From the IMG/VR virus record IMGVR_UViG_3300033150_001311, positions 1 to 44,804 of that record: a DNA stretch of 44,804 nt. One strand, given 5' to 3'. Source of the stretch: a virus. The notes beneath the pieces are model-generated. The model was given only the letters and a program-made list of their open reading frames with translations, was not told where the DNA came from and did not search any database. Of this stretch, positions 24,081-31,972 are shown piece after piece. The stretch's first letter is position 1. Each line of letters starts with the position of its first letter. Position numbers and translations under genes: made by a program.

Positions 24081-24147
24081 GTGCCCGCGATATTTACTGT
24101 TCTATCGCATCCGTGCGGGAATTGGAAGCGGGCACCTCCATGTGCCC
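24081..24147. repeat. Nested and competing GC-rich inverted repeats in a non-coding region
   Basis: GTGCCCGC (24081-88) pairs with GCGGGCAC (24128-35). Inside this, GCGATA (24087-92) pairs with TATCGC (24103-08). GGGCAC (24130-35) can alternatively pair with GTGCCC (24142-47) across a 6-nt loop. Confidence 0.75.
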
Positions 24148-24175
24148 TTATAATATAGCTGCTTAAATTCCCGGT

Positions 24176-24213
24176 GCCCCTACAGACGTTACAGTCGTTA
24201 TAATCGTTACCCC
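24176..24213. repeat. GCCCCTACA box followed by 3 x 9-bp CGTTA-periodic repeat
   Basis: gcccctaca-ga-cgttacagt-cgttataat-cgttacccc, with CGTTA at 24187, 24196 and 24205. Confidence 0.85.
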
Positions 24214-24480
24214 ATTTTTAACTTGAAACCACGGCTATTATTGGACTAAACAATTTATGTCCAATTTTCTATAACATTAAAATCTGCATTTCTGGCCGGA
24301 AAACGGGGATTTTGAAAATAATTTTTCAAAAAGTCTTTGATGTCGTGTTTCCCAGACCCATCTGGATAAAAGATATCCAGTTGGGGCGCCCATTTTGCCC
24401 AAAAAAACGAGGATTTTATTTGGACGTTATAAAGGATAAAGTTTATATCTGGTATACAAAACTCCAGACCCGGGCTGTCC

Positions 24481-24503
24481 GCCCCTACAATCGTTATAAC
24501 CCT
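24481..24503. repeat. Second direct copy of the GCCCCTACA...TCGTTATAAC box
   Basis: gcccctacaatcgttataaccct has the same flanks as 24176..24213 but a single CGTTA unit. Confidence 0.8.
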
Positions 24504-24615
24504 TACCACCTGAACTAACGAAAGTGAATTTTTTTGCCGAATCCTTATTATTAGGCTAAAAATGAGGAAAAATAATTTGGCCCCTCTTCTTTCCCCCGGT
24601 ATTGATTATAACATT

Positions 24616-24634
24616 TGTAACGATTGTAACGAAT
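24616..24634. repeat. Inverted copy: 2 x 9-bp TAACG-periodic repeat
   Basis: tgtaacgat-tgtaacgaa has the reverse complement tcgttaca-atcgttaca. It lies 40 nt upstream of the first late-operon ATG. Confidence 0.8.
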
Positions 24635-24674
24635 ACGGGAATTTAGCCAACTATATTATAGAGGGGGTACACAT

Positions 24675-24878
24675 ATGAGAATAGAAAAAGAAGTAGAAAT
24701 TGGTAATCTTATTGTAATGCTGTCGATGGATTTGAGCCGGTGGGGACTTCCCCTCCGCCTATCTCTATTCCGGGTGAATAACGAGTTCAATGAGCTAATC
24801 GGGAATGTTGGCATTGTTGAGATTGGCTTTTTATGCTTCGGACTCCGCATTGAAAGGTGGGAATTGTCTAATGACTAA
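24675..24878 (+). CDS. Hypothetical protein (67 aa), first ORF of the rightward module
   Basis: GGGGG 8 nt upstream of the ATG; 8-nt overlap with the next ORF. Confidence 0.4.
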   Translation: MRIEKEVEIGNLIVMLSMDLSRWGLPLRLSLFRVNNEFNELIGNVGIVEIGFLCFGLRIERWELSND

Positions 24879-25119
24879 GAAATGTTCCCGGTGCCACAAG
24901 ACAAAAGATATCTCAAACTTCCAAGAAAGAGAAGACTTTTGGGGCAGATATAGCTGGTGCAACGATTGCCGAAAGCGGGAGGGGAGATTGAATTGTCCCA
25001 AGAGTATCCAAAGATATATTATAAAAACCGGACTCTTTATATCGGGGGACGAGAGGTTGAGCTGGTGCAGGAAATTCGATAACACAGCTCCCTCCCCGAA
25101 GGAGTCCACGAAACGCTAA
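24871..25119 (+). CDS. Zinc-ribbon protein (82 aa) resembling the N-terminus of the HNH paralogs but lacking an HNH domain
   Basis: ATG at 24871 with AGGTGG upstream. CSRCHKTKDISNFQ...GRYSWCNDCRK parallels C.KC...KPL..F...G....C..C in the HNH paralogs. Confidence 0.5.
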   Translation: MTKKCSRCHKTKDISNFQEREDFWGRYSWCNDCRKREGRLNCPKSIQRYIIKTGLFISGDERLSWCRKFDNTAPSPKESTKR

Positions 25120-25135
25120 CGAAAGGAGACCTAAG

Positions 25136-25744
25136 ATTTCTGATTTCTGTAATCCTACATCTACGACAGGCGCACCTATACGACGGAAGCTGAAGCGCGG
25201 GGCTAAGTTTAACTACGACTTCGTAGAGATTGCTTCCCGCCTTGTGGCTGCTGGGATGACAGAAAAAGAGATAGGGTTTGTACTCGGCGTAAAACCTACT
25301 ACGATAAACCAGTGGAAACAGAGATACCCAGAATTCAAAAAGGCTTGTGCCGAGGGTAAATCTATAGCAAAAGCATACCTGGTTGCTAAGGGTCTTCGAG
25401 CAGCCATGGGGTATGATGTAGAGGAGCGAGATACCACCCTCGTCCGTAATGAAGAGGGGGAATTGGTAGTCCAAAAGGAGGTTAGGAAGCTAAGGCATCG
25501 ACCGGCGGATAAAGACCTCCTGATATTCTTCCTGCTCAATATGGATAGAATGGAAGGCAAGGAGGAATGGAAACACGTTAAAAGCATAGAAATCACAGAA
25601 AAGAAACAGAACTTAAATGTGAACCTGAGCGGGAATATTGCCTCAGAGGACATTCGCAAATTAGCAGGGGCCGCCCTGAAAGAAGCGGATAAACAGGATA
25701 AAAAGCGGAAATCCGTTGAATCAAAAACTGTCAAAACAGATTGA
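25136..25744 (+). CDS. terS: Terminase small subunit (start codon uncertain; ATT proposed)
   Basis: GAKFNYDFVEIASRLVAAGMTEKEIGFVLGVKPTTINQWKQRYPEFKKA fits the TerS HTH pattern (KY..EF....L...G.T..EIA..LGV...T...W....PEF). That conserved segment begins upstream of the first canonical start (GTG at 25244). The frame is open from 25061 with no ATG, GTG or TTG before 25244. AGGAG (25124-28) plus 7 nt leads to ATT at 25136. Confidence 0.7.
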   Translation: MSDFCNPTSTTGAPIRRKLKRGAKFNYDFVEIASRLVAAGMTEKEIGFVLGVKPTTINQWKQRYPEFKKACAEGKSIAKAYLVAKGLRAAMGYDVEERDTTLVRNEEGELVVQKEVRKLRHRPADKDLLIFFLLNMDRMEGKEEWKHVKSIEITEKKQNLNVNLSGNIASEDIRKLAGAALKEADKQDKKRKSVESKTVKTD

Positions 25745-27746
25745 TACCCCAGAAGGTTTTTTCGCTGCGATTCCGCAGGACCTGCGGGAGAATTTGCAGT
25801 ATCGGATGAATCTCCACGATAAGCTGGAGAAAGACCCCGGTATGCAAAAGGCGTACCTTGAGCTGTGCTGGGCCGACCTGCGAATTCTGTTTAATACTGC
25901 CTTTTGGGTATTCGACACTCAGGACACCAAGGGCAATCGCAACAAACCCTTTATCCTGTGGCCGCATCAGGAAAAAGCCGTAGAGAAAATACATCAGAGT
26001 ATCATTGAGCAGAAAGACCTTGCGATAAATAAGTCTCGGAAAGAGGGGGCTACCGAGATTATCTGCAAGGCATTCGCTGGGCATTTTCTGCTGGACCCGG
26101 AATCCAACTTTCTTGTTGGCTCCCGTAAGGCGGAGTATGTTGACAAGGGCGTGGAGATTGTAAACGGGGCAGTGCACGGGCTTCACAAGACCCTGATGCA
26201 CAAAATTTGTTATGCCATTATGACCCTTCCGCGGTGGATGCGCCCTAACGTAGTAAAGACTTATATGCTGCTCCAAAACCTGGACAACGGGGCAACTATA
26301 TCGGGCGAGGCCACTAACGAGAACTTCGGGGCGGGGGACCGGCAGAACGCCATACTTATCGACGAGTTCGGAAGACTCGACCACCTGATGGCCCTGAATA
26401 TAATAGATTCTGTACATGATACCTCTGAATGTATTATAGTGAACTCTACTCACTTCTGGGGACCGGAGCATCCATACAATCAACTACTGACCCAGAGATA
26501 TGGTAAAATAGAGGTCTGTAAGTTACCGTGGTGGGAGAATCCGACGAAGAATAAAGGACTCTACATGTCCCCGAAATACGATGTTATCGAGATTGAGGAC
26601 ATTGATTACTACAGAGAACTGTGTCCCGAGGTTTTCAATAACATCGAGAGAAGAGAGCCGTTCGTTTTAAGTAAATTAGAGCGGGATAACATTACCGAGA
26701 AATGGGCGGATAAGCTCTCCAGCATAAAATTTGTCGCCGACGGCGGGGACCTGAATGACGGCAATTGGAGAAGTCCGTGGTATGACAAGGAGGAAAGTGA
26801 GAGGCGCCCGAGCGACGTAGCAAGAAATCTGAACATGACACCAAGAGGCTCTGATGTATCTGTCTTTACTACCTCTACCCTGCGAAAAATAGAGGTAAAA
26901 ACAGTTCTTCCTCCGAAATACCATGGCGACCTCAAGGTAATTTACAAGGACGGGAAGGTTGTTGCCGGGAAATTTGTTCCAGGAGCACATAAAAAGCTAC
27001 TGTGGTGGGGAGAGCTGGAAAAGGGCAGACCAAAGCAAGACCACAATTATATCGTGGGATGCGACATTTCGCTTGGTCGCGGCTCTTCTAACTCAGTGGC
27101 TTCTATTGTTGATGTTAATACTCGGGAAGAGGTAGGAAAGTGGGTAGACTCCTCGACCCCTCCGGAAAGTTTTGCAGATGCTGTTGTTGCCTTATGCAAG
27201 TGGATTGGGGGAAAAGATAAATTCCCGCTGCTTATCTGGGAATCCAACGGCCCCGGCCTTGTGTTCGGGGACAAGGTTCTGAGGAACAAATACCCGTTTG
27301 TATATGTGCAGCGGGACGAGAAGGCCCGCAGGAAAAAGAAGAAAAACAGATACGGCTGGGTAAATACCAAAGGCCCGGATGGTTCCAAGTTCCACCTTTG
27401 CGTATCCCTTGATGCTGCTCTAACCGAAGGGGTAAGCGATAAACCCGAGGGAAAGTATATTATAACGCATGACATAAATGTAGTGAACGAAGCGGAGGGC
27501 TATGTCTTCAATTCCTCTGGAACTCCGTGCGTAACTAAATCTCTGGAAGATGATGATACATCTGCTTCTGCAACACATGGCGACCGGGTCATAGCTCTTG
27601 GGCTGTGCAATCTCGCGCTGGCTTACCAGCCCGCCGCTCTTGTTGAGGTGCAGAAAAAGATAAATAAAAATACCATTGGTGGCAGAATGCTACAGAGAAA
27701 GAGAGAGCTTCAAAAGAAAAAGCTTCATCAGAGGTTTATATTTTAG
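25716..27746 (+). CDS. terL: Terminase large subunit
   Basis: Walker A-like NKSRKEGATEI and Walker B AILIDEFG. The size (about 650-676 aa) and position between TerS and the portal fit. The start is ambiguous: TTG at 25716 (overlapping terS), or in-frame TTG at 25794 or ATG at 25806. Confidence 0.88.
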   Translation: MNQKLSKQIDTPEGFFAAIPQDLRENLQYRMNLHDKLEKDPGMQKAYLELCWADLRILFNTAFWVFDTQDTKGNRNKPFILWPHQEKAVEKIHQSIIEQKDLAINKSRKEGATEIICKAFAGHFLLDPESNFLVGSRKAEYVDKGVEIVNGAVHGLHKTLMHKICYAIMTLPRWMRPNVVKTYMLLQNLDNGATISGEATNENFGAGDRQNAILIDEFGRLDHLMALNIIDSVHDTSECIIVNSTHFWGPEHPYNQLLTQRYGKIEVCKLPWWENPTKNKGLYMSPKYDVIEIEDIDYYRELCPEVFNNIERREPFVLSKLERDNITEKWADKLSSIKFVADGGDLNDGNWRSPWYDKEESERRPSDVARNLNMTPRGSDVSVFTTSTLRKIEVKTVLPPKYHGDLKVIYKDGKVVAGKFVPGAHKKLLWWGELEKGRPKQDHNYIVGCDISLGRGSSNSVASIVDVNTREEVGKWVDSSTPPESFADAVVALCKWIGGKDKFPLLIWESNGPGLVFGDKVLRNKYPFVYVQRDEKARRKKKKNRYGWVNTKGPDGSKFHLCVSLDAALTEGVSDKPEGKYIITHDINVVNEAEGYVFNSSGTPCVTKSLEDDDTSASATHGDRVIALGLCNLALAYQPAALVEVQKKINKNTIGGRMLQRKRELQKKKLHQRFIF

Positions 27747-27753
27747 GATTATT

Positions 27754-29490
27754 ATGGCAAGCATTTATGATATGGACAAGAAGACGAGCTTCCCTAAGAG
27801 ACTGATAAGGGGAGCCAAGGCCTGGAAGCAGCTGGTAAAACCGGCCCTGCGAAACAGGATTAGAATATTAAATGCTCTTCAGGCTGGATATTATTCTGAA
27901 AAAGCCAAAAACCAGGTTGCGCACCCTATAAATCTCATAGACCGCGGGCTTAGTATTCTTGTTCCGTATTTGGTAATGACCAATCCGAAGATTTTGATAA
28001 GGACCGAGTATAAGGAACTTCGGCCCTTTGCTAAAACCTCGGAGCTTGCTTTTAATCACTTGATGGCAGAAATTAAATTTGCCCAGAGGACACTCCGTCC
28101 CGCTGTCCGTGATGCCCTGATGGGACTTGGGATAGTTAAAACCGGAGTAATGAAGGCCAGCGAGGTGGAACTTTTTGGGTATACGCATTCTGTTGGGGAA
28201 GTATACTCTGACCCGGTAGATTTTGTAGATTATATTGGAGACCCAACGGCCCGAGTATTTAGCGATTTTGAATTTGAGGGAAACTATTATAAGATTCCGG
28301 TCGAGGTTGCAAGAGACCTGTTTCCAAAGTTTGCAGATATACTAAATCCGACGTATTCTCTGGCCTCGGAGGATAGACAGCATTCCCCGGAGAAGTTGGC
28401 AAAGGACAACTCTGACGTAGAATCTTATGAGTCCCTGCGAGAACTTGTTGAGCTTGCGGATTTCTGGATTCCGGACGAGGGGGTTATTCTCACAATAGAG
28501 CCAAACACGGGAAAGATATTGAAGACTCGCTCTGCCGAGGCCCCGGAAGAAGGCCCATATGATAAATTGTATTTCAAGGAATTCCCGGGAACCCCGATTC
28601 CAATTCCCCCGGTATGGTATTGGATGGACTTGGATGCAGCGATAAACGTAATTGTGAATAAGATGAGGATTCAGGCGGCTTCGCAGAAGGCGGTGTTGGC
28701 CTATGAGGGGGACGCTGTTGATGATGCGGAGAGACTCGCCAGTGCGGCTGACCGGGAGGCCATTAAGGTAAGCAATGCCGACGGGATTAAAACAATCGAA
28801 TGGCCGGGAGTTGACCCGAATCAGTACAATTGGATTCAGTACTTGGAGCATCAGTACTCCATGCAGGGAAATAATCTCTACACCCTCGGCGGACGAAACG
28901 CCCAGGCGGAAACCCTTGGGCAAGAGCAGATGCTGATGGCCAATGCCTCCCGAGCTATTGATGACATGTACCAGATGGTATATGACTTCACTGCGAATGT
29001 TGCCAGGAAAGTGTGCTGGAACTTCTGGACTGACCCACTGAAAAGTATAGCTCTCTCTAAACGCATAGAGGGCGTTGGGGATGTTGAGGTAATATTTGAC
29101 AAGGCTGCACAAGACGGGGAGTTTTGGGATTATTCCCTGAAGATTGAGCCATATTCGATGCACAGACTCAATCCTCAGTTAGAATACCAGAGGATGATGG
29201 GCTTGCTTTCTCAGTGGATTCTGCCGACTGCTCAGATTGCAGCACAACAGGGTGCTATGCTTAATGTTCCTAAGGCCACGAAGCAACTTGCAAGGTTGGC
29301 AGGAATAGGGGAACTGGACGATTTTTACGAAGCTGCGGTTCCATCAAATGATATAGCTCTTAATCCGTATACTCCACAACAGGGCAAGATAAAAGAGCAC
29401 GGTGTCCAAGATGGCCAAACGGGAAGTAACCCAAACTCAACTGAAGCTAATTCAAGACAGGCACTGCAACGCCTTGGGGAGCAGTTATAA
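27754..29490 (+). CDS. Portal protein (by size and synteny)
   Basis: 578 aa, immediately downstream of terL. ATG at 27754, 8 nt after the terL stop. No motif-level confirmation possible by eye. Confidence 0.65.
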   Translation: MASIYDMDKKTSFPKRLIRGAKAWKQLVKPALRNRIRILNALQAGYYSEKAKNQVAHPINLIDRGLSILVPYLVMTNPKILIRTEYKELRPFAKTSELAFNHLMAEIKFAQRTLRPAVRDALMGLGIVKTGVMKASEVELFGYTHSVGEVYSDPVDFVDYIGDPTARVFSDFEFEGNYYKIPVEVARDLFPKFADILNPTYSLASEDRQHSPEKLAKDNSDVESYESLRELVELADFWIPDEGVILTIEPNTGKILKTRSAEAPEEGPYDKLYFKEFPGTPIPIPPVWYWMDLDAAINVIVNKMRIQAASQKAVLAYEGDAVDDAERLASAADREAIKVSNADGIKTIEWPGVDPNQYNWIQYLEHQYSMQGNNLYTLGGRNAQAETLGQEQMLMANASRAIDDMYQMVYDFTANVARKVCWNFWTDPLKSIALSKRIEGVGDVEVIFDKAAQDGEFWDYSLKIEPYSMHRLNPQLEYQRMMGLLSQWILPTAQIAAQQGAMLNVPKATKQLARLAGIGELDDFYEAAVPSNDIALNPYTPQQGKIKEHGVQDGQTGSNPNSTEANSRQALQRLGEQL

Positions 29491-29499
29491 GGAGACAAA

Positions 29500-29979
29500 A
29501 TGAAAAGGTGCAATAAGTGCAAAACTGAGAAACCATTAGAAGATTTTTATAAAGATAGAAGTAGCAAAGACGGACATCAGGGGATGTGTAAGGTTTGTAA
29601 GAAGGAGTATCACCGGAAGTATCATTTGAAATATTATCAAAAACACAAAGATGGGATTAAAGAATACCAACAGGGTTACTACCAAAAGAACCGAACCAAA
29701 GTTATAGAAAGAACGAAGAAATATCAGCAAAATCATATGGAAAAACATACAGAAGCTGTCCGGAAATACCGACAAAATAACCCTGAAAAATACAAGGCCC
29801 GCAGCATGGTTAATTGGGCTGTCCAATCAGGAAAACTTGAAAGGCCGGTCTTTTGTGAAAAGTGCGGACTCCCTGCGAAGACGGAAGGGCATCACGAAGA
29901 TTATAGTAAACCCTTGGAAGTGGATTGGCTTTGCAGAAGCTGCCATATAGAAGTGCACAAAGAATTGGTTTTAGTATAG
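29500..29979 (+). CDS. HNH endonuclease, paralog 2 (Zn ribbon, about four basic repeats, HNH)
   Basis: GGAG RBS. CNKCKTEKPLEDFY...GHQGMCKVC. C-terminus FCEKCGLPAKTEGHHEDYSKPLEVDWLCRSCHIEVH. Inserted between the portal gene and the downstream head genes. Confidence 0.85.
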   Translation: MKRCNKCKTEKPLEDFYKDRSSKDGHQGMCKVCKKEYHRKYHLKYYQKHKDGIKEYQQGYYQKNRTKVIERTKKYQQNHMEKHTEAVRKYRQNNPEKYKARSMVNWAVQSGKLERPVFCEKCGLPAKTEGHHEDYSKPLEVDWLCRSCHIEVHKELVLV

Positions 29980-29988
29980 GAGACCAAA

Positions 29989-30477
29989 ATGAGGAATATT
30001 GTTATTGGAATTGTGCTGCTGTTTGTGATGGCTCTCGTTGGTTGCCGGTCTATGCTCGACGAGATTACTCCTGCGATAATAAATGACCGCAGCATAGACT
30101 ATGCGGAGATTGAGAGGGAAGACCTCGGGAGTATTGTCTCTGTTGCGGATGCCGTAAGAGTCCGGGACGAGATTATCATAAAGCACCGCAAAACCCAGAT
30201 AGACCTGAAGAGAATTGCCGAGGACGATAAGATAGCCTATAAGGATGCCCTTGGGTTTATTGACCAGGCAATTGCTGAGTCGTATGCTCTGCAAGATATC
30301 GTCATAGGAAGTCCGGACAATCCGATAAGCATTCTGGGAATGCTGGCGCCGCTCGGCATCGGGGCTTATGTGGGTAAAGAGGCTTTCAAGCGGCGTAAGG
30401 ATTACAGCCCAGAAGAAGTTGAGGCGATTGTGGCGAAGGCTAAACAAGAGGCTCTGGAAAACAAGGGAGAAAAATAA
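29989..30477 (+). CDS. Lipoprotein with an additional C-proximal hydrophobic helix
   Basis: Signal peptide plus lipobox MRNIVIGIVLLFVMALVGC. Second hydrophobic segment ISILGMLAPLGIGAYVG, followed by a 38-aa charged tail. GGAG RBS. Confidence 0.7.
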   Translation: MRNIVIGIVLLFVMALVGCRSMLDEITPAIINDRSIDYAEIEREDLGSIVSVADAVRVRDEIIIKHRKTQIDLKRIAEDDKIAYKDALGFIDQAIAESYALQDIVIGSPDNPISILGMLAPLGIGAYVGKEAFKRRKDYSPEEVEAIVAKAKQEALENKGEK

Positions 30478-30659
30478 TGCCACAAGGAATTGGTTATAAC
30501 GAAGCTCCTCAGAAATTGTTTTTCTTTGGTAGAAAGAAGAAAAAGAAAAAGAAGAAGGAGGAGTTTAAGACGGATAGGACTAAGGACATTGAAAAAAGAC
30601 TCCGACAGGCAGGATTTACAGAGGAGGAGATTAAACGATTGAGGGGCAAAAGAAAATGA
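30477..30659 (+). CDS. Very basic small protein (60 aa) with a K8 tract
   Basis: The ATG overlaps the upstream stop (TAATG). GRKKKKKKKKEE is encoded by a purine-only tract. Confidence 0.45.
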   Translation: MPQGIGYNEAPQKLFFFGRKKKKKKKKEEFKTDRTKDIEKRLRQAGFTEEEIKRLRGKRK

Positions 30660-30883
30660 GCGACGGATTACAAAAAAGAAGAGCTGCTCGGAAAAGATAT
30701 GAGAAGGCAAGGAAGACCTCCAAGCTTGGTGCGGGGGAAAGATTCAAAGCCCTGAAGGCAGTTGCGAAGGCTTCCGGAGCCAGGAATCCGGCTGCTGTCG
30801 CGGCGGCAATAGGCCGCAAACGCTATGGAGCAAAAAAATATGCAGAATTAGCTGCCCTCGGAAGACGGAGAAAGGGGAAATGA
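30656..30883 (+). CDS. Very basic small protein (75 aa)
   Basis: ATGA overlap. Rich in K, R and A (GERFKALKAVAKASGARNPAAVAAAIGRKRYGAKKYAELAALGRRRKGK). Confidence 0.6.
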   Translation: MSDGLQKRRAARKRYEKARKTSKLGAGERFKALKAVAKASGARNPAAVAAAIGRKRYGAKKYAELAALGRRRKGK

Positions 30884-31473
30884 ACTCCGGAACTTTTCAA
30901 AAAGGGCATAAGCGTACCTTTAATAAAACCTGCGAAAGGTGTAATGAAAATTATACCGCACGGTCGGGAAATAGTAAATGGTGCGATAATTGCAGGTTGA
31001 TTTTATCAATATGCCCTGTTTGTGGCGAGCAAAAAGATATTTATGACGAAACATGTGGAAATAGTTGTGCCGGGAAATTAAAGTGGGAGCGGAGTGAAAA
31101 GCTTAACTCTCCCTGGATGAAAGCATCTCAAACCCCCGAGGTAAAAAAGAAACGTGCTATTTCTGTTGGGAAAGCTCAAAGGGGAAAACCCCGGCCAGAG
31201 CGTAGGGGAGAAAACAACCCCAATTGGAAAGGCGGAATCTATGGAACGGAAAGACATCGAGAGATGGGTCGTGTTGAGTACATCAACTGGCGTATTGCCA
31301 TTTTTGAGAGGGATGGATATAAATGTCAGATATGTAGTCAAGTTGGAGGAGACTTAAATGCCCATCATATTAAGTCGTGGAAAGATTTTCCTGAATTACG
31401 GCTTGATGTTGACAACGGCATAACTTTATGCGTTGAGTGTCATAAAAAAGTACACAGAAAGCGGGGGAAGTAA
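30880..31473 (+). CDS. HNH endonuclease (a family distinct from the three paralogs)
   Basis: N-terminal Cys pairs (CERC...CDNC, CPVCG...CGNSC), NPNWKGG, and CQICSQVGGDLNAHHIKSW...NGITLCVECHKKVH. Confidence 0.85.
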   Translation: MNSGTFQKGHKRTFNKTCERCNENYTARSGNSKWCDNCRLILSICPVCGEQKDIYDETCGNSCAGKLKWERSEKLNSPWMKASQTPEVKKKRAISVGKAQRGKPRPERRGENNPNWKGGIYGTERHREMGRVEYINWRIAIFERDGYKCQICSQVGGDLNAHHIKSWKDFPELRLDVDNGITLCVECHKKVHRKRGK

Positions 31474-31628
31474 TGCCGAGGGCGTTTAATCAGGCTATAA
31501 AGAGGGGAGCAAAGGTTCGTACAAAAAAGCTTCCCGGAAATAGATATATCCACCTGGCTATCCTGGACGGAAAAGTAATTCCCGGAGAAGTGAAGAGGAA
31601 AAAGAATGGCGGCAACCGGAAACGTTAA
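31473..31628 (+). CDS. Small basic protein (51 aa)
   Basis: Not in the track. The ATG overlaps the upstream TAA. Translation: MPRAFNQAIKRGAKVRTKKLPGNRYIHLAILDGKVIPGEVKRKKNGGNRKR. Overlaps the next ORF by 23 nt. Confidence 0.4.
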   Translation: MPRAFNQAIKRGAKVRTKKLPGNRYIHLAILDGKVIPGEVKRKKNGGNRKR

Positions 31629-31971
31629 TATAAGTGTGGAGTTGCTTGGTCTTGGGAAAGACGTGTCTTTCATTGACAGGTTTACTCTTACCAATACTCC
31701 GACTCGCGTAAACTACGGCTACTTGGAGCAGGCGTCGGCAGATACTGAGGAGGCCTTGGAACTGGGCGGAGTTTCGACTGTTGACCTTATTGTCATAAAG
31801 GCGGTTACGAATGATGCTACGGTTGACACAAGTTTTGACACCTCCTACAATGCGGAGTTGAATGTCCCAGAGGGGGAGATTTGTGTGTTTAAGCCGTCCG
31901 GAACTGTCTACATAAAGAACGGGTCCGCGGGCGAACAGGTGATTCTGGAATACGTAGTTATAGGTCGTTAA
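31606..31971 (+). CDS. Hypothetical beta-rich protein (121 aa), head module
   Basis: ORF in the late operon. No motif recognised. Confidence 0.55.
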   Translation: MAATGNVNISVELLGLGKDVSFIDRFTLTNTPTRVNYGYLEQASADTEEALELGGVSTVDLIVIKAVTNDATVDTSFDTSYNAELNVPEGEICVFKPSGTVYIKNGSAGEQVILEYVVIGR

Positions 31972-31972
31972 A

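Noticed and set aside
24149-24204. TATAAT hexamers at 24149..24154 and 24199..24204 (plus strand) as late promoters.
   Set aside because: No acceptable -35 element lies at 16-18 bp from either (GCCCCT and AAGCGG). The second hexamer is part of the CGTTA repeat unit. The late promoter remains unidentified.
24255-24509. 84-aa minus-strand ORF in the divergent non-coding region.
   Set aside because: It starts at a GTG with no RBS and is not coupled to any neighbour. It would be transcribed away from both modules with about 500 nt of nothing downstream. It is bracketed by the GCCCCTACA/CGTTA repeat boxes, which better explain the region. I keep it only as a remote possibility.
25244-25246. GTG at 25244 as the terS start, as given in the ORF track.
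   Set aside because: The 16 in-frame codons upstream encode part of the conserved TerS N-terminal pattern. No RBS precedes the GTG. See the finding on ATT 25136.
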